Assembly (NCBI GenBank): GCA_024277355.1
Contig: JAJRVL010000009.1
Span: 27,580-59,579 of the forward strand
DNA: 32,000 nucleotides
Source: an archaeon
GTDB taxonomy: Archaea; Iainarchaeota; Iainarchaeia; Iainarchaeales; 1-14-0-10-31-34
Direction of reading: 5' to 3'
The translations under genes and the position numbers were made by a program. Position 1 is the first letter of the stretch. Each line of letters begins with the position of its first letter. The notes beneath the pieces were generated by a model. It had not been told where the DNA came from, made no database searches, and saw only the letters and a program-made list of their open reading frames with translations. This document shows positions 1-10,065 of this stretch, piece by piece.

Positions 1-14
1 TCCAATTCATTTTT

Positions 15-728
15 ATGCCTTTAACTGCAAATAAACCTAAAAAACCTTTAATTCATTATTTGGATTTATTTTCAGGAAATTCAGCCAGACTTAAAAGAAT
101 GGCTAAAACCCATAAATGGAAAAATAAAAGATTAAGAGGAATTGAACTCCAAAAACCAAGCAATCTGAAGAAACCAAAAAATTTGAAAGAAGGGAGAAGA
201 ACTTTAGTTTTAGGAAAAAACCTCAAAATTCATTTTAATGAAGTATTAAAAGAATTAAAAAAATATAAAACTCAATCAGTCCAGGAAGTTAATTCAGATT
301 ATCTTTTTGGCGGAATTAAATCTGATTATTCAAAAAAAGGAGGATTAGATTATAGTTATGACTCTGAAGCAAACTTATCTGATAAAATTCACAAAGTTTC
401 TTCAATTCTTAATCAAGTAAAAAGAATTCTTGTTAAAGGAGGACAGCTTTCTTTATCTGATTATGCTATTAACAAAAAATTTTTAGTTGAAATAGCTGAA
501 AGCCATGGCTTTAAGCTTGAAAGAAATCATCCAATTACTAAAAAAAAACAAGCTAAATCAAGAGACTTAAGAAAAAGTTTTAATGAAATGAAGTTAAATA
601 ATCTTGCAAGAAAAAATGTTGAAAATAATCCAATCTTTAAAGGAAAGACTGAAATATTTACTAAGTTTTTAGACAATGAAAAAATAAGAAGACATCCAGT
701 AAGATTAATTTTTAGAAAAGTTGCATAA
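15..728 (+). CDS. Class I SAM-dependent methyltransferase-like protein (237 aa); true start may differ
   Basis: ORF with motif-I-like 'YLDLFSGNSARLK', acidic 'GIEL' and late-fold 'ILVKGGQLSLSDYAINKKFLVEIAESHGFKLE'. Confidence 0.5.
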   Translation: MPLTANKPKKPLIHYLDLFSGNSARLKRMAKTHKWKNKRLRGIELQKPSNLKKPKNLKEGRRTLVLGKNLKIHFNEVLKELKKYKTQSVQEVNSDYLFGGIKSDYSKKGGLDYSYDSEANLSDKIHKVSSILNQVKRILVKGGQLSLSDYAINKKFLVEIAESHGFKLERNHPITKKKQAKSRDLRKSFNEMKLNNLARKNVENNPIFKGKTEIFTKFLDNEKIRRHPVRLIFRKVA

Positions 729-892
729 AATCTACTGATGTCTAAACTTAAAACAAAAATCTAATTTAAAAAAAATAAGATAGTTGATACAAGATATGAC
801 AGCGCTATCGAAGATAGTGCGTCGTACCCAACAGCCGAAACTGTTGTTGGCATGAAACCCAAATTAAAGAGTTTGAACTCAAGTTTTTAGTA

Positions 893-3800
893 GCAGTCAA
901 CTTAATATGTCGCCGTAGCTTCATACTTACATTTCTGCCCTATCAATCCAGTGTTCTACTGGTACTCTTGTCCTTATTCCTTATATTCCGCAGAATACAA
1001 GTAGTCAGGAATGATTGACTCTTTTTAGGGACCGCTTCAAGCTTAGATGCTTTCAGCTTTTATCGGTTCCGGCGTGGCTACCCAGCAACTGCCTTGTCAG
1101 ACAACTGGTACACTAGAGGCCAGGACTCCACGTTCCTCTCGTACTTATGGAATCTTCCCCTCAGTCAATCGACATGTCCGATAGATAGGATCCAAACTGG
1201 CTCGCACCGTTCTTAACCCAACTAACGTAAGGCTTTAATGAGTTAACACCTCCACCCTTGGCAGCTTATGCACTGCCAGGATGCCTTGAGACGACGGCGA
1301 GGTCGCAAACCGCGGGGTCGATATGAGCTCTTGCCCGCGACCACTCAATTACCCCCAAGATAAGTTCACTGTTAGACTAGGCCCCCATTAAAAGGGACAC
1401 TAGCGTTCGCTAGACACATCTTTCGATTCGGCTTTACTTGCTGTGCGTAAAACCGTCAAGCATGCTTTTGGTCTTGTCCTCTAAGGAGAATTTCTGACTC
1501 TCCTGAGCATACCTTTGGACACCCCTGATATCTTTTCAGGGGTGTACCGCCCCAGTCCAACTACCCGTCTAAAGCTGTCCTCTTTCGAGTGAGCAATATG
1601 CTTTTTTAAGGATGGTGTTCCATTGTTGTCTCCACAATTCCTGACGAAACTGCTTCGAAGACTACCATCTACACTGGACGTAAAAAACCATATTACAACA
1701 TCAGATTGTAGTAAACCTCTGTGGGGTCTTCTCTTCCCATCGGACATTCGAGGTATATTCACCTCGCAATGAGTTCATTGGGCCCAAATTAGGGACAGTG
1801 GGAATCTCGTTACTTCATTGGTGCAAGCCGGCATTAAACCGGCAAGGTATTACGCTACCGTGAGAGCCTCAGAGTTAGGCCCGCTCTTCACCAGAGCTTA
1901 GCTCCATTGAACTGAAGTTTAACTTACTGGCAGTGAGCAGAAGTCAGCCTCTATACACACCATTGCTGGCTTGCAGAGACCTGTGTTTTTGTTAAACAGT
2001 CGGACTCCCTTTGTCATTGAAACCTGCAATTTACTTAATCGCAGGCACCCCTTATACCGAAGATACAGGGCTATTTTGCCGAATTCCCTTAATTTGGTTT
2101 CCCCAAGACGCCTAGGCCTTTTCAGCCAGGGGCACTTTTCCTAGTTCTTGGTACGGTTACATAAAATCCATTCTGATTTCCTTTTTATGAAACCCAGGCC
2201 TCAATTGAAAATTGCTTCTATTCCTGAATTTAATCTGCTTCTCATCATTACAATTCTCCACAGATTTATTTCAGTTAAATGCACAGACAAGTGCATTCAA
2301 TCTAGCCCAAGCTGTTAGAAATCAGACTATCGTTGCCGTGAGTATTTATGTAGTACAGGAATATGAACCTGTTTCCCTTTCGTCCACGTCGTGTTACGAG
2401 TGGCCTTAGGACCGACTAACCCTTAGCTAATGATTAGCGCTAAGGAACCCTTGCCCTTTCGGCGGAAAGAATTCTCATCTTTCTATTGTTATTACTAGCG
2501 CGAGGATCCATATTCGCGACAGATCCACAAGAAATTTCTCTCTTGCTTCTGCTCTATCGTGACACCTCCCTACTCCATTTGTTTTCTATTGAAAACAAGG
2601 CTATGGTATCGGCAGCTGGTTTTAGCCCAGTGAATTTTCAAGACCTTTATTCTAGGTAGGTGAGCTGTTACGCACTCTTTAAAGGATGGCTGCTTCTAAG
2701 CAAACCTCCCTACTGTATTAGAACAAAGATACTTTTCGTGTTTACACTTAACCAGCATTTTTGGGCCTTAACCACAGTTTAGGTTGTTCCCTTCTTGGAA
2801 CAAGGGCTTACCCCTTGCCCCCTACTCTAACCTTCTACGACGATTATAGATTTGGAGTTTAACGAAAAAGCTGGAAGTTTCCGACCAGTACTTTCTAATT
2901 AGTATCTCGACACCATAATCTATCTCCAGTTAGGCTAGCCTTAGGGCTAATTCGAGAGGAGCCCGCTATGGCCATGTTCGATTGGCATTTAACTCCTACT
3001 CCCAGGTCACCAAAGTAGATAGACTAACACTTGTTGCGGACCTCCACCATTTTGTAAAACGGCTTCATCCTGCCCAGGAGTAACTCACATGGCTTCGGGT
3101 CTTACCGTTGTGACTAAAGCAGTTTAATACTTTCAGCCTGATTCTAAAAGAACTGCGCTGACTCGCTTTCGCTGCGGTTTCAAAGTGAAAACTTCTTAAC
3201 CTTGCCACAAAGGCAACCTCCCCCGCTCGTGATTCAAGACGAACGATATGACACTGATCAAATTCTTTCGTAATTATTTCTCAATAACTTCCTTCAAGAA
3301 TTCTCTTTTCTTTAATGCCATATCTTGCTATAACCAGTTAGTTTCAAGCGCTTTTAACTCCCTGTTAAGGGTACTTTTCAACTTTCCCTCGCGGTACTAG
3401 TATGCTATCGGACTTGAGTAGTATTTAGTGTTAGGAGTTAATGTCTCCCGTATTCACGCGCAAAAACCAATGCACGCTACTCTTAACACGAAAAATTATC
3501 CTTTTGAATTTTTTGTTTACAAGGCTTTCACTCTCTTTGGCGCTGCTTTCCAGCAGACTTCAACTAAATTTAAAGGATATAAATCGCTCTACACCACATC
3601 TCCCTTAAATTACTTTAAGGGATTCAGTTTGCTCTCTTCTGTCTTCGGTCGACCCTAATAACAGAATCATATTCATTTTCTTTTCCTTCAGGTACTAAGA
3701 TGCTTCAATTCCCTGAGTTGCCCTTCCTTTCGGAATAATTCAGAAATCCCTGGCTCAAAGATTGCATTGCATCTCACCAAGGCTTATCGCAGCTTGCCAC

Positions 3801-3906
3801 GTCCTTCATCAGCTCTCAAGCCTAGTTATCCACTAACTGGCGTAATGAACTCTTTAATTTGATAGGTTTGCCAATGCATCAACCGTAAACGTTTCGCCGT
3901 TTAAGC
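893..3906 (-). rRNA. 23S ribosomal RNA (ends approximate)
   Basis: Complement contains conserved 23S segments: 'GCTTAGATGCTTTCAGC', 'CCTCTCGTACTT', 'GACATGTCCGATAGATAGG', 'CGAAGATACAGG'-type blocks, and near the 5' end (minus strand) 'ACGGTTGATGCATTGGCA' (cf. E. coli ACGGTGGATGCCCTGGCA). Ends estimated by alignment by eye to E. coli termini. Confidence 0.95.
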
Positions 3907-3917
3907 ACGATGCACGA
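3886..3917 (-). repeat. 32-bp repeat at the 23S 5' end, copy A
   Basis: TAAACGTTTCGCCGTTTAAGCACGATGCACGA (+ strand), identical to 4283-4314. Confidence 0.93.
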
Positions 3918-4209
3918 TTTCGCTTGCGCTCAATCCTGCTGCCTTAACAGCAAAAGTTTCTAACGATTGCTTCCCAAAGGAAAAAAACTTCCCAGGTGCA
4001 TTCATCTGTTGTGAAAATAATAAATTGATGAATATAATTTTTGTGATAATTTTTTTTTATGCTTAATACTTTTATTTTATTTTTTTAAATTTTTTTCTTG
4101 TTTATTTTCCAAACTATTTTTTTTATTTTTTGATACAACTTTTTCTAAAAGTTGTTTTTGATCAAACTTTTTTTTGTTTTTGATAAACCTTTTTTCTAAA
4201 AAGGTTTAT

Positions 4210-4282
4210 GGACTCAACGGGATTCGAACCCGTGGCCTCCTCGTTGCAAACGAGGCGCTCTACCAAGCTGAGCTATGAGCCC
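4210..4282 (-). tRNA. tRNA-Ala (anticodon TGC), in the 16S-23S spacer
   Basis: Minus strand reads GGGCTCATAGCTCAGCTTGGTAGAGCGCCTCGTTTGCAACGAGGAGGCCACGGGTTCGAATCCCGTTGAGTCCA; cloverleaf with loop TTTGCAA. Confidence 0.97.
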
Positions 4283-4314
4283 TAAACGTTTCGCCGTTTA
4301 AGCACGATGCACGA
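4283..4314 (-). repeat. 32-bp repeat abutting the tRNA-Ala 5' end, copy B
   Basis: Identical to 3886-3917; begins at the base next to the tRNA 5' end. Confidence 0.93.
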
Positions 4315-4524
4315 CTTTCAGTCGAGCTTGCTCCGCAACAGCTGTCGCGCTCAGCTGGCATGCGTGCAATATCTTTGCTTTTGCTCGATATAGCATCATT
4401 CAGCTTAAATCTTGAGTAAATAATTGCATTAGAGCTTGAAATACAACTTTTATAAAAAAGTTATATGTTTTAAAACTTAGGTCCAATACTTTCCGAAAAA
4501 AATATTGAACCTAAGTTCTTTTTG

Positions 4525-6010
4525 AAGGAGGTGATCCGTCCGCAGGTTCCCCTACGGACACCTTGTTACAACTTAGCCCGCTTTACAGAACCTAGAATAA
4601 CTTCAACCAATAAGTTGAAGTTAATCCAGACTCCATTTAGCTGGCTTGATGGGCGGTGTGTGCAAGGCGCAGGGACTTATTCACCGGAAGATAATGACTT
4701 CCGATTACTGGGGATTCCAGCTTCATGAGGCCAAGTTACAGACCTCAATCCGAACTGAGGTTAAGTTTAAGAGATTGCCTTGCCCTTTCGGGTTCGGAGC
4801 CCATTGTCTTAACCATTGTATGCCGCGTGTTGCCCAGGAGATTCGGGCCATACTGATCTACCGTTGCCCACTCCTTCCTCAAAGTTACCTTCGCAGTCTT
4901 TATAGAGTGCTCCCATTAAAAACGAAATAGCAACTATAAATGTGGGTCTCGCCCGTTGCCTGAGTTGACAGGACGCTTCATAGTACGAGCTGACGATGAC
5001 CATACAACACCTCTCAGCGCGTCAGGAAAGCCCTTCAGACTGTCCATCATTCTGCTGTCGCCCCTGGTAAATTATCTGGCGTTGTATCCAATTAAACCGC
5101 AGCATCCACCCCTTGTAGTGCGCCCCCGCCAATTCCATTAAGTTTCAGCCTTGCGACCGTACTTCCCAGGCGGCAGACTTAACGGCTTCCCTTCGGCACC
5201 CCGACAATCCGTGATTGCTAGGACACCTAGTCTGCATCGTTTACGGCTGGGACTAACCGGGTATCTAATCCGGGTCGATCCCCCAGCTTTCGTCTCTCAC
5301 CGTCAGGTCCGTTCTAGTCAAACGCTTTCGCTACTGGTGGTCCTCCTAAGATCATAACATTTCACCGCTACCTCAGGAATTCCTTTGACTTCTTCCGGCC
5401 TCGAGTCTAAGAGTATTTTTAGCACGCCTACAAGTTGAGCTTGCAGATTTCACCAAAAACTTTTTAGACAGGCTACAGACGCTTTAGGCCCAATATTAGT
5501 GGACACAACTTATGGAGTACGTATTACCGCGGCGGCTGGCACGTATCTTGCCCTCCATTTATTCGCATAACTTTTTGCATTATACAAAAGCAAGCAAAGC
5601 TTGCACTTGAAATCCCCCTATCACGCTTTCGCGCATTGTAGAGAATTCGCAACTGCTGCACCCCGTAGGGCTAGGGACCTTATCTCAGTTCCCTTCTCCG
5701 GGCTCCCTCTCTCAAGGCCCGTATGGATCTTAGGCTTGGTGAGCAGTTACCTCGCCAACAACCTAATCCACCGCAGTCCCGTCTTCAAGCAAACTACAAG
5801 CATGAATGCAGTTCGTTTGAGCAACAAAACCTTCCAGTATTTGTTGCCTATAGAGCATTAGTCCCAGTTTCCCGGGGTTTACTCTTCTTAAAGGTAGGTT
5901 GACTACGTGTTACTGAGCCGTTCGCCACAGTTCATCATAACTTGAACTGTTAGACTTGCATGTTTGAGTCGGATTTCAATAGCAGTGTCCGCCAGCAGGA
6001 TCAGCTGGTA
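4525..6010 (-). rRNA. 16S ribosomal RNA, archaeal (ends approximate)
   Basis: 3' end GGATCACCTCCTTC (complement of gaaggaggtgatcc at 4524-4537) and 5' end CCAGCTGATCCTGCTGG; conserved internal blocks such as GACGGGCGGTGTGTGC (complement), CTGCTGCACCCCGTAGGG and ACCGCGGCGGCTGGCAC (complement). Confidence 0.96.
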
Positions 6011-6411
6011 TCATTTTTTTATATCCTAATATTTTCTGGTCGCATTGATTGAGTTATTATGGAATTGTTTGTAACGCTATTGTTACAAGGAAGTATGATG
6101 TTACATCATACAATAATACAACTTTTTTTAAAATTGTACTTCAATTAACTCTTGCAATTATTTACGCATCAGATTCAAAAAAACTTGAATCCTCATTTTT
6201 TGTCCACCACGGTGGACACTTAAGTCTGTTGCATGAATTTCATTGGATTCAAAAGAATCCTCGTTACGCGCAAAAAGGAGGCGATAAAAAAGTTAAACTG
6301 CAAAAAAATCAATCAGAAATCTAAAGTGATTTTCCTGCCTATATATAAGTGTCAGATGATATTTATAAAGCTTTCTGCATCTTTTCTTTTATGTTTTTTT
6401 TACTTTAATTA

Positions 6412-7353
6412 TTGGTGTATAAAATGAATTTAAATGCATTGCTTTCTTTATCAAGACCATTAGAATGGAGCAAAACTTTTGGGAATATGGTTTTTGCTTA
6501 TTTGATTGCTTTATTTTTATTTGATGGTTTTGTTTCTTTTTTAAATTTTGATTTAGGGTTATTTTTACTTGCATTTTTTTCTGCTGGTCCTTTGTTGTGG
6601 GGAGGCTTGTATGCTTTAAATGATTTTACTGACGCAGAAAATGATAAACTTCATTCAGTAAAAAAATTCAGGTCAATTCCTTCAGGTAAAGTTTCAAGAA
6701 AACAAGCTTTAATTTTTTCTTTAATTTTAATTTTATTTTCTTTTTTAATTGGCTTTTATTTCTTTTTTGTTTTAGGAAATTTTTTGTTTTTGTTTTGTTT
6801 AATCGGCATGTTAGTTAATCAAATTTTATATACAATTAATCCTTTTCATTTTAAATCAAAACCAGTATTGGATTTAATTTCAGGTTCATTGGTTAATCCT
6901 TTTTTTCGTTTTTATTCAGGCTGGATTTTAGTTTTTAGTTCTTTTAATGCCCCAATTTTAATTTTGTTTTTTATTGTTGGATTACAGTTTGCTGCTTTTT
7001 CTTTGTATAGATTAAATGCAAAAGAATTAGAAAAAAAACTTTCTTTTAATTCTTCTATTGTTGTTTTTGGAGAAAAAAAAGTTGTCTGGTTTTCTTATTT
7101 TATTGGAATAATTGCTGTTTTATCTTTTGTGTTAATGACTTTAACTAACAGATTTTTTCCTGAATTAATTTTTTTGGGGACTTTGCCGACTAAATTTTTA
7201 TGGTTAGTTGTAATAAGCATTTTTTTTATGCCGTTGTATTTGCAGGCTTTATTGTTTCCTAAAAAAATGAATATAAAAAAAATGTATTTGTTAATGTATT
7301 TTCATTACATTTTTTTTGTTGCAGGATTTATTTTTTTGTTTTTTATTAATTAA
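6412..7353 (+). CDS. UbiA-family prenyltransferase, multi-pass membrane protein (313 aa)
   Basis: N-terminal 'LSRPLEWSKTFGNMVFA', Asp-rich 'GLYALNDFTDAENDKLHSVKKFRSIPSG', hydrophobic helices. Confidence 0.8.
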   Translation: MVYKMNLNALLSLSRPLEWSKTFGNMVFAYLIALFLFDGFVSFLNFDLGLFLLAFFSAGPLLWGGLYALNDFTDAENDKLHSVKKFRSIPSGKVSRKQALIFSLILILFSFLIGFYFFFVLGNFLFLFCLIGMLVNQILYTINPFHFKSKPVLDLISGSLVNPFFRFYSGWILVFSSFNAPILILFFIVGLQFAAFSLYRLNAKELEKKLSFNSSIVVFGEKKVVWFSYFIGIIAVLSFVLMTLTNRFFPELIFLGTLPTKFLWLVVISIFFMPLYLQALLFPKKMNIKKMYLLMYFHYIFFVAGFIFLFFIN

Positions 7354-7885
7354 ACTAAAAAATAAAAGAAAAAGGGAAATAAAAATTAACTATTTAAGTG
7401 GTTAATCTTTTCTTTCTATATCTTTTTTTTCTTTGTTCTCTTCGCATCTTCTTTTTTTTCCATTTCCATCTTTCTCTGGCTTTGGTTTTTTTGAATCTGC
7501 TTGAATCTTTGCTTCTTGTACCCATTAATTCACCTGTATTAAAACGAAATAAAATCTAGTTTTAAAGTAGAATAAAACTTGACTGTAAAAGTCTTTAAAT
7601 AGTTTTGCATGGAATTCTTCCAAAAACTTTAATATTTAAATAGTAAAAGACCATTATTTTATTATGAACAATTCAATTGTTTTGTCTGAAAAGATTCCTG
7701 TTATTTATTCAATCATCAGACTAAACTATTGGTTTATGTTCAAGCAATTTCACTGACTGATTTGTGCTTTATTTTTTTTTATTTTTTTTTTTTTTTTTTT
7801 TTTGCATTGGTCAGTCAGACTATTTTTGAATTTAAATAATTAATAAAGCATTTTAATTGGAAGTGAAGTATATGAAGGAAAAAAA

Positions 7886-8014
7886 ATGCAATGTAAATAT
7901 GCTTCAATCTGCAAAGATAAAAATTTAACGGTTTATTTATGTAATAATCAGTCTGAAGCATTAAAATACTGTACAACTTATGTAGAAATAAAAGGTTATA
8001 GGAAAATTAAATGA
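7886..8014 (+). CDS. Possible 42-aa four-cysteine protein MQCKYASICKDKNLTVYLCNNQSEALKYCTTYVEIKGYRKIK
   Basis: ORF below the 60-aa threshold of the supplied track; Cys at 3, 9, 19 and 29; 'gaag'/'aagga' purine runs upstream. Confidence 0.4.
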   Translation: MQCKYASICKDKNLTVYLCNNQSEALKYCTTYVEIKGYRKIK

Positions 8015-8017
8015 ATT

Positions 8018-8545
8018 TTATTTTAATTTAATTTTTTTTGAAGTAATTTTTGGAGCTTTTGGTCGCCATAACCGAGTTCTTCTGTGCGTTAAAAAATAGT
8101 TTGGAGGCTTTTTGTTTTTTAAATAATATAATGAAGCAACCTGAATGTTTTTTACATTAACTCCTCTGTTTAGTAAAGTTTTTTTTGCTAATTCAATTGT
8201 TTTTCCTGAACTAATGCTATTATCTATAATTAAAACTCTTTGGTTTTTAAGAGAACTATTATTGCTTTTAATTACTTTAGGTTTTTGAAATAATTTAAGT
8301 ACTTCAATTACTGCTTTAGGAGTTTTTCCTTGTTTTTTTTTCTTTGAAATTGGCCTGTTAATTGTAATGCTTTCAACTTTAATTCCTAATTCTTTTGAAA
8401 TAACTTCTGCAATAAATTTTCCTTTGCTTTCAATAGCTAAAATTAAATCAGGCTTAAATTTACTTTTCTTAATTTTTTCTGCTAAAGCTTTAGCATATTC
8501 TTTTTTTTTCTCCCAGTTTTCTGGCATAACATAAATTAAACCCAA
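8018..8545 (-). CDS. Type I phosphoribosyltransferase-like protein (175 aa)
   Basis: 'KPDLILAIESKGKFIAEVISKELG' and PRPP-loop-like 'RVLIIDNSISSGKTIELAKKTL'. Confidence 0.7.
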   Translation of the reverse strand: MGLIYVMPENWEKKKEYAKALAEKIKKSKFKPDLILAIESKGKFIAEVISKELGIKVESITINRPISKKKKQGKTPKAVIEVLKLFQKPKVIKSNNSSLKNQRVLIIDNSISSGKTIELAKKTLLNRGVNVKNIQVASLYYLKNKKPPNYFLTHRRTRLWRPKAPKITSKKIKLK

Positions 8546-8595
8546 AGTCTTATTTTAGGTTAATGGTTTTAAAAAGCAGTATACTGTCTTTTAAT

Positions 8596-9858
8596 TTATT
8601 TTTTTGTCAGCCATTTCCATAAAGGAATAAAATTTATTTTTTGTTTTTTTATTGTTTTTTTGGTTTCATAATTCCATGTTATTACAAGTAAATTATTGCA
8701 GTTTAATGCTTTGCTTGCTTTAATTAATGATTTTGTTTCTCTTTCTTTTATTTCTTCTTTTGAGTTAATATAACTTGCCTGAATTAATTGCTGTATTTTT
8801 TTTTCTTTTTTTATTATAAAATCAACTTCGTTTTGCTGGTGGTTTTTCCAATAAAAAATTTCCTGTTTGTTTTTTTGTGTTCTTCTTTTTAATTCAACTG
8901 CAATAACATTTTCCATTATTCTGCCTTTATCTTCAGAAAATTTAAATCCAATTGTATTTATTAGTCCTGAATCAATACAATAAATTTTTTTTGGTGCAAC
9001 AAATTGTTTTTTTAATTTAAAGTCAAATCTTTCTAATTCAAAAACTAAAAAAGCGTTTTCTAAAAATTTAGTCCATTTTGATATTGTTGAAACATGTTTT
9101 ACTGAAAGCATTTTTGCTGTTTTACTGTAACTAAATTCTTTGCCTGAATTAGTTATAAGATATTTAGATAGTTTTCTTAATTCTTCAATTTTTTTTATTT
9201 TATGTCTTAATAAAATATCTTTAAATAAAATGTCGTCATAAATTCCTGAAAGAATTTGTTTTCCAAATTTTTGTATTTCAGGAAACCCTCCTGATTCAAG
9301 GTATTCTTCTAAAAAATTTAATATTAGAGCTTTTTCTTTTGTTGTATAAACAGAATTTTCTTTGAATTTTTTAAATTTAAGAAATTCCTTAAAAGAAAAA
9401 GGAAAAAGCATTATGTCAGAGTGCCTGCCGGTTAAATGAGTTGCAAGTTCTCCTGATAATAAATTTGAGTTGCTTCCAGTTAAAATAATTTTTTTTGTTC
9501 TTCTAAGCCTGTTTGCAAACAATTCCCATCCTTTAACATTCTGAATTTCATCTAATATAATAAATTCAATATTTTCATCAAACTTATAAAACTCTTTAAG
9601 GATTTCATCTAAATCTTTTGTTTTAATTCCAAGAAGTCTTTCATCATCAAAATTAATGTAACCAAACTTTTTGTTTTTTGCTAAAAGAAAAGAAAAAACA
9701 GATTTTCCGCATCTTCTTATTCCAAGAACCGCTAAAATATTCGGATACTTTAAAGCTTTTATTCCTGATTCAAGATTTTCTCTTAAAATAATGTTTTCTT
9801 TCTTTTCAATAAAATTTAATTCTTCCCTCTGCTCCTTAATAATGCTTCCATAATCCAT
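8596..9858 (-). CDS. AAA ATPase of the AAA_14/DUF4143 type (420 aa), paralogue 1
   Basis: Walker A 'GIRRCGKS', Walker B 'FIILDEIQNV', 'GSNSNLLSGELATHLTGR', C-terminal 'FSEDKGRIMENVIAVELKRR...IFYWKNHQQNEVDFIIK'. Confidence 0.88.
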   Translation of the reverse strand: MDYGSIIKEQREELNFIEKKENIILRENLESGIKALKYPNILAVLGIRRCGKSVFSFLLAKNKKFGYINFDDERLLGIKTKDLDEILKEFYKFDENIEFIILDEIQNVKGWELFANRLRRTKKIILTGSNSNLLSGELATHLTGRHSDIMLFPFSFKEFLKFKKFKENSVYTTKEKALILNFLEEYLESGGFPEIQKFGKQILSGIYDDILFKDILLRHKIKKIEELRKLSKYLITNSGKEFSYSKTAKMLSVKHVSTISKWTKFLENAFLVFELERFDFKLKKQFVAPKKIYCIDSGLINTIGFKFSEDKGRIMENVIAVELKRRTQKNKQEIFYWKNHQQNEVDFIIKKEKKIQQLIQASYINSKEEIKERETKSLIKASKALNCNNLLVITWNYETKKTIKKQKINFIPLWKWLTKK

Positions 9859-9976
9859 ACTATTATAATAGCAAGCTTTATTTAAAAAGCTTTCTATTAG
9901 AGTATAAAGCTTTTTTAATGGTTTTTGTTGTGGAATTTAATTAAAAAGCAGTAATTTAAATCAATGTTACTATTTT

Positions 9977-10023
9977 CAGTAACGTTGTCGTTTTGGCTGT
10001 TTAGTTTTTTTAAAATACAAAAA
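9977..10023. repeat. 47-bp direct repeat, copy 1
   Basis: CAGTAACGTTGTCGTTTTGGCTGTTTAGTTTTTTTAAAATACAAAAA, identical to 11416-11462. Confidence 0.95.
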
Positions 10024-10065
10024 AGTGTTTTTTTGCTTTTATAAAGGGTTATGTTATAGTATAAT

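Noticed and set aside
1481-3658. ORFs 1481-1762, 2212-2409 and 3428-3658
   Set aside because: They lie inside 23S rRNA; conserved rRNA sequence explains them.
4522-5861. ORFs 4522-4728, 4646-4930, 4809-5003, 4956-5141, 5151-5357, 5601-5861
   Set aside because: Within 16S rRNA or its immediate flank.
6049-6574. ORFs 6049-6324, 6233-6427, 6389-6574
   Set aside because: Low-complexity, no recognisable family; overlap the rRNA leader hairpins or the UbiA start.
7390-7540. Lysine/glutamate-rich minus-strand reading frames
   Set aside because: One frame has no start codon and the other stops after ~21 codons; composition is low-complexity.
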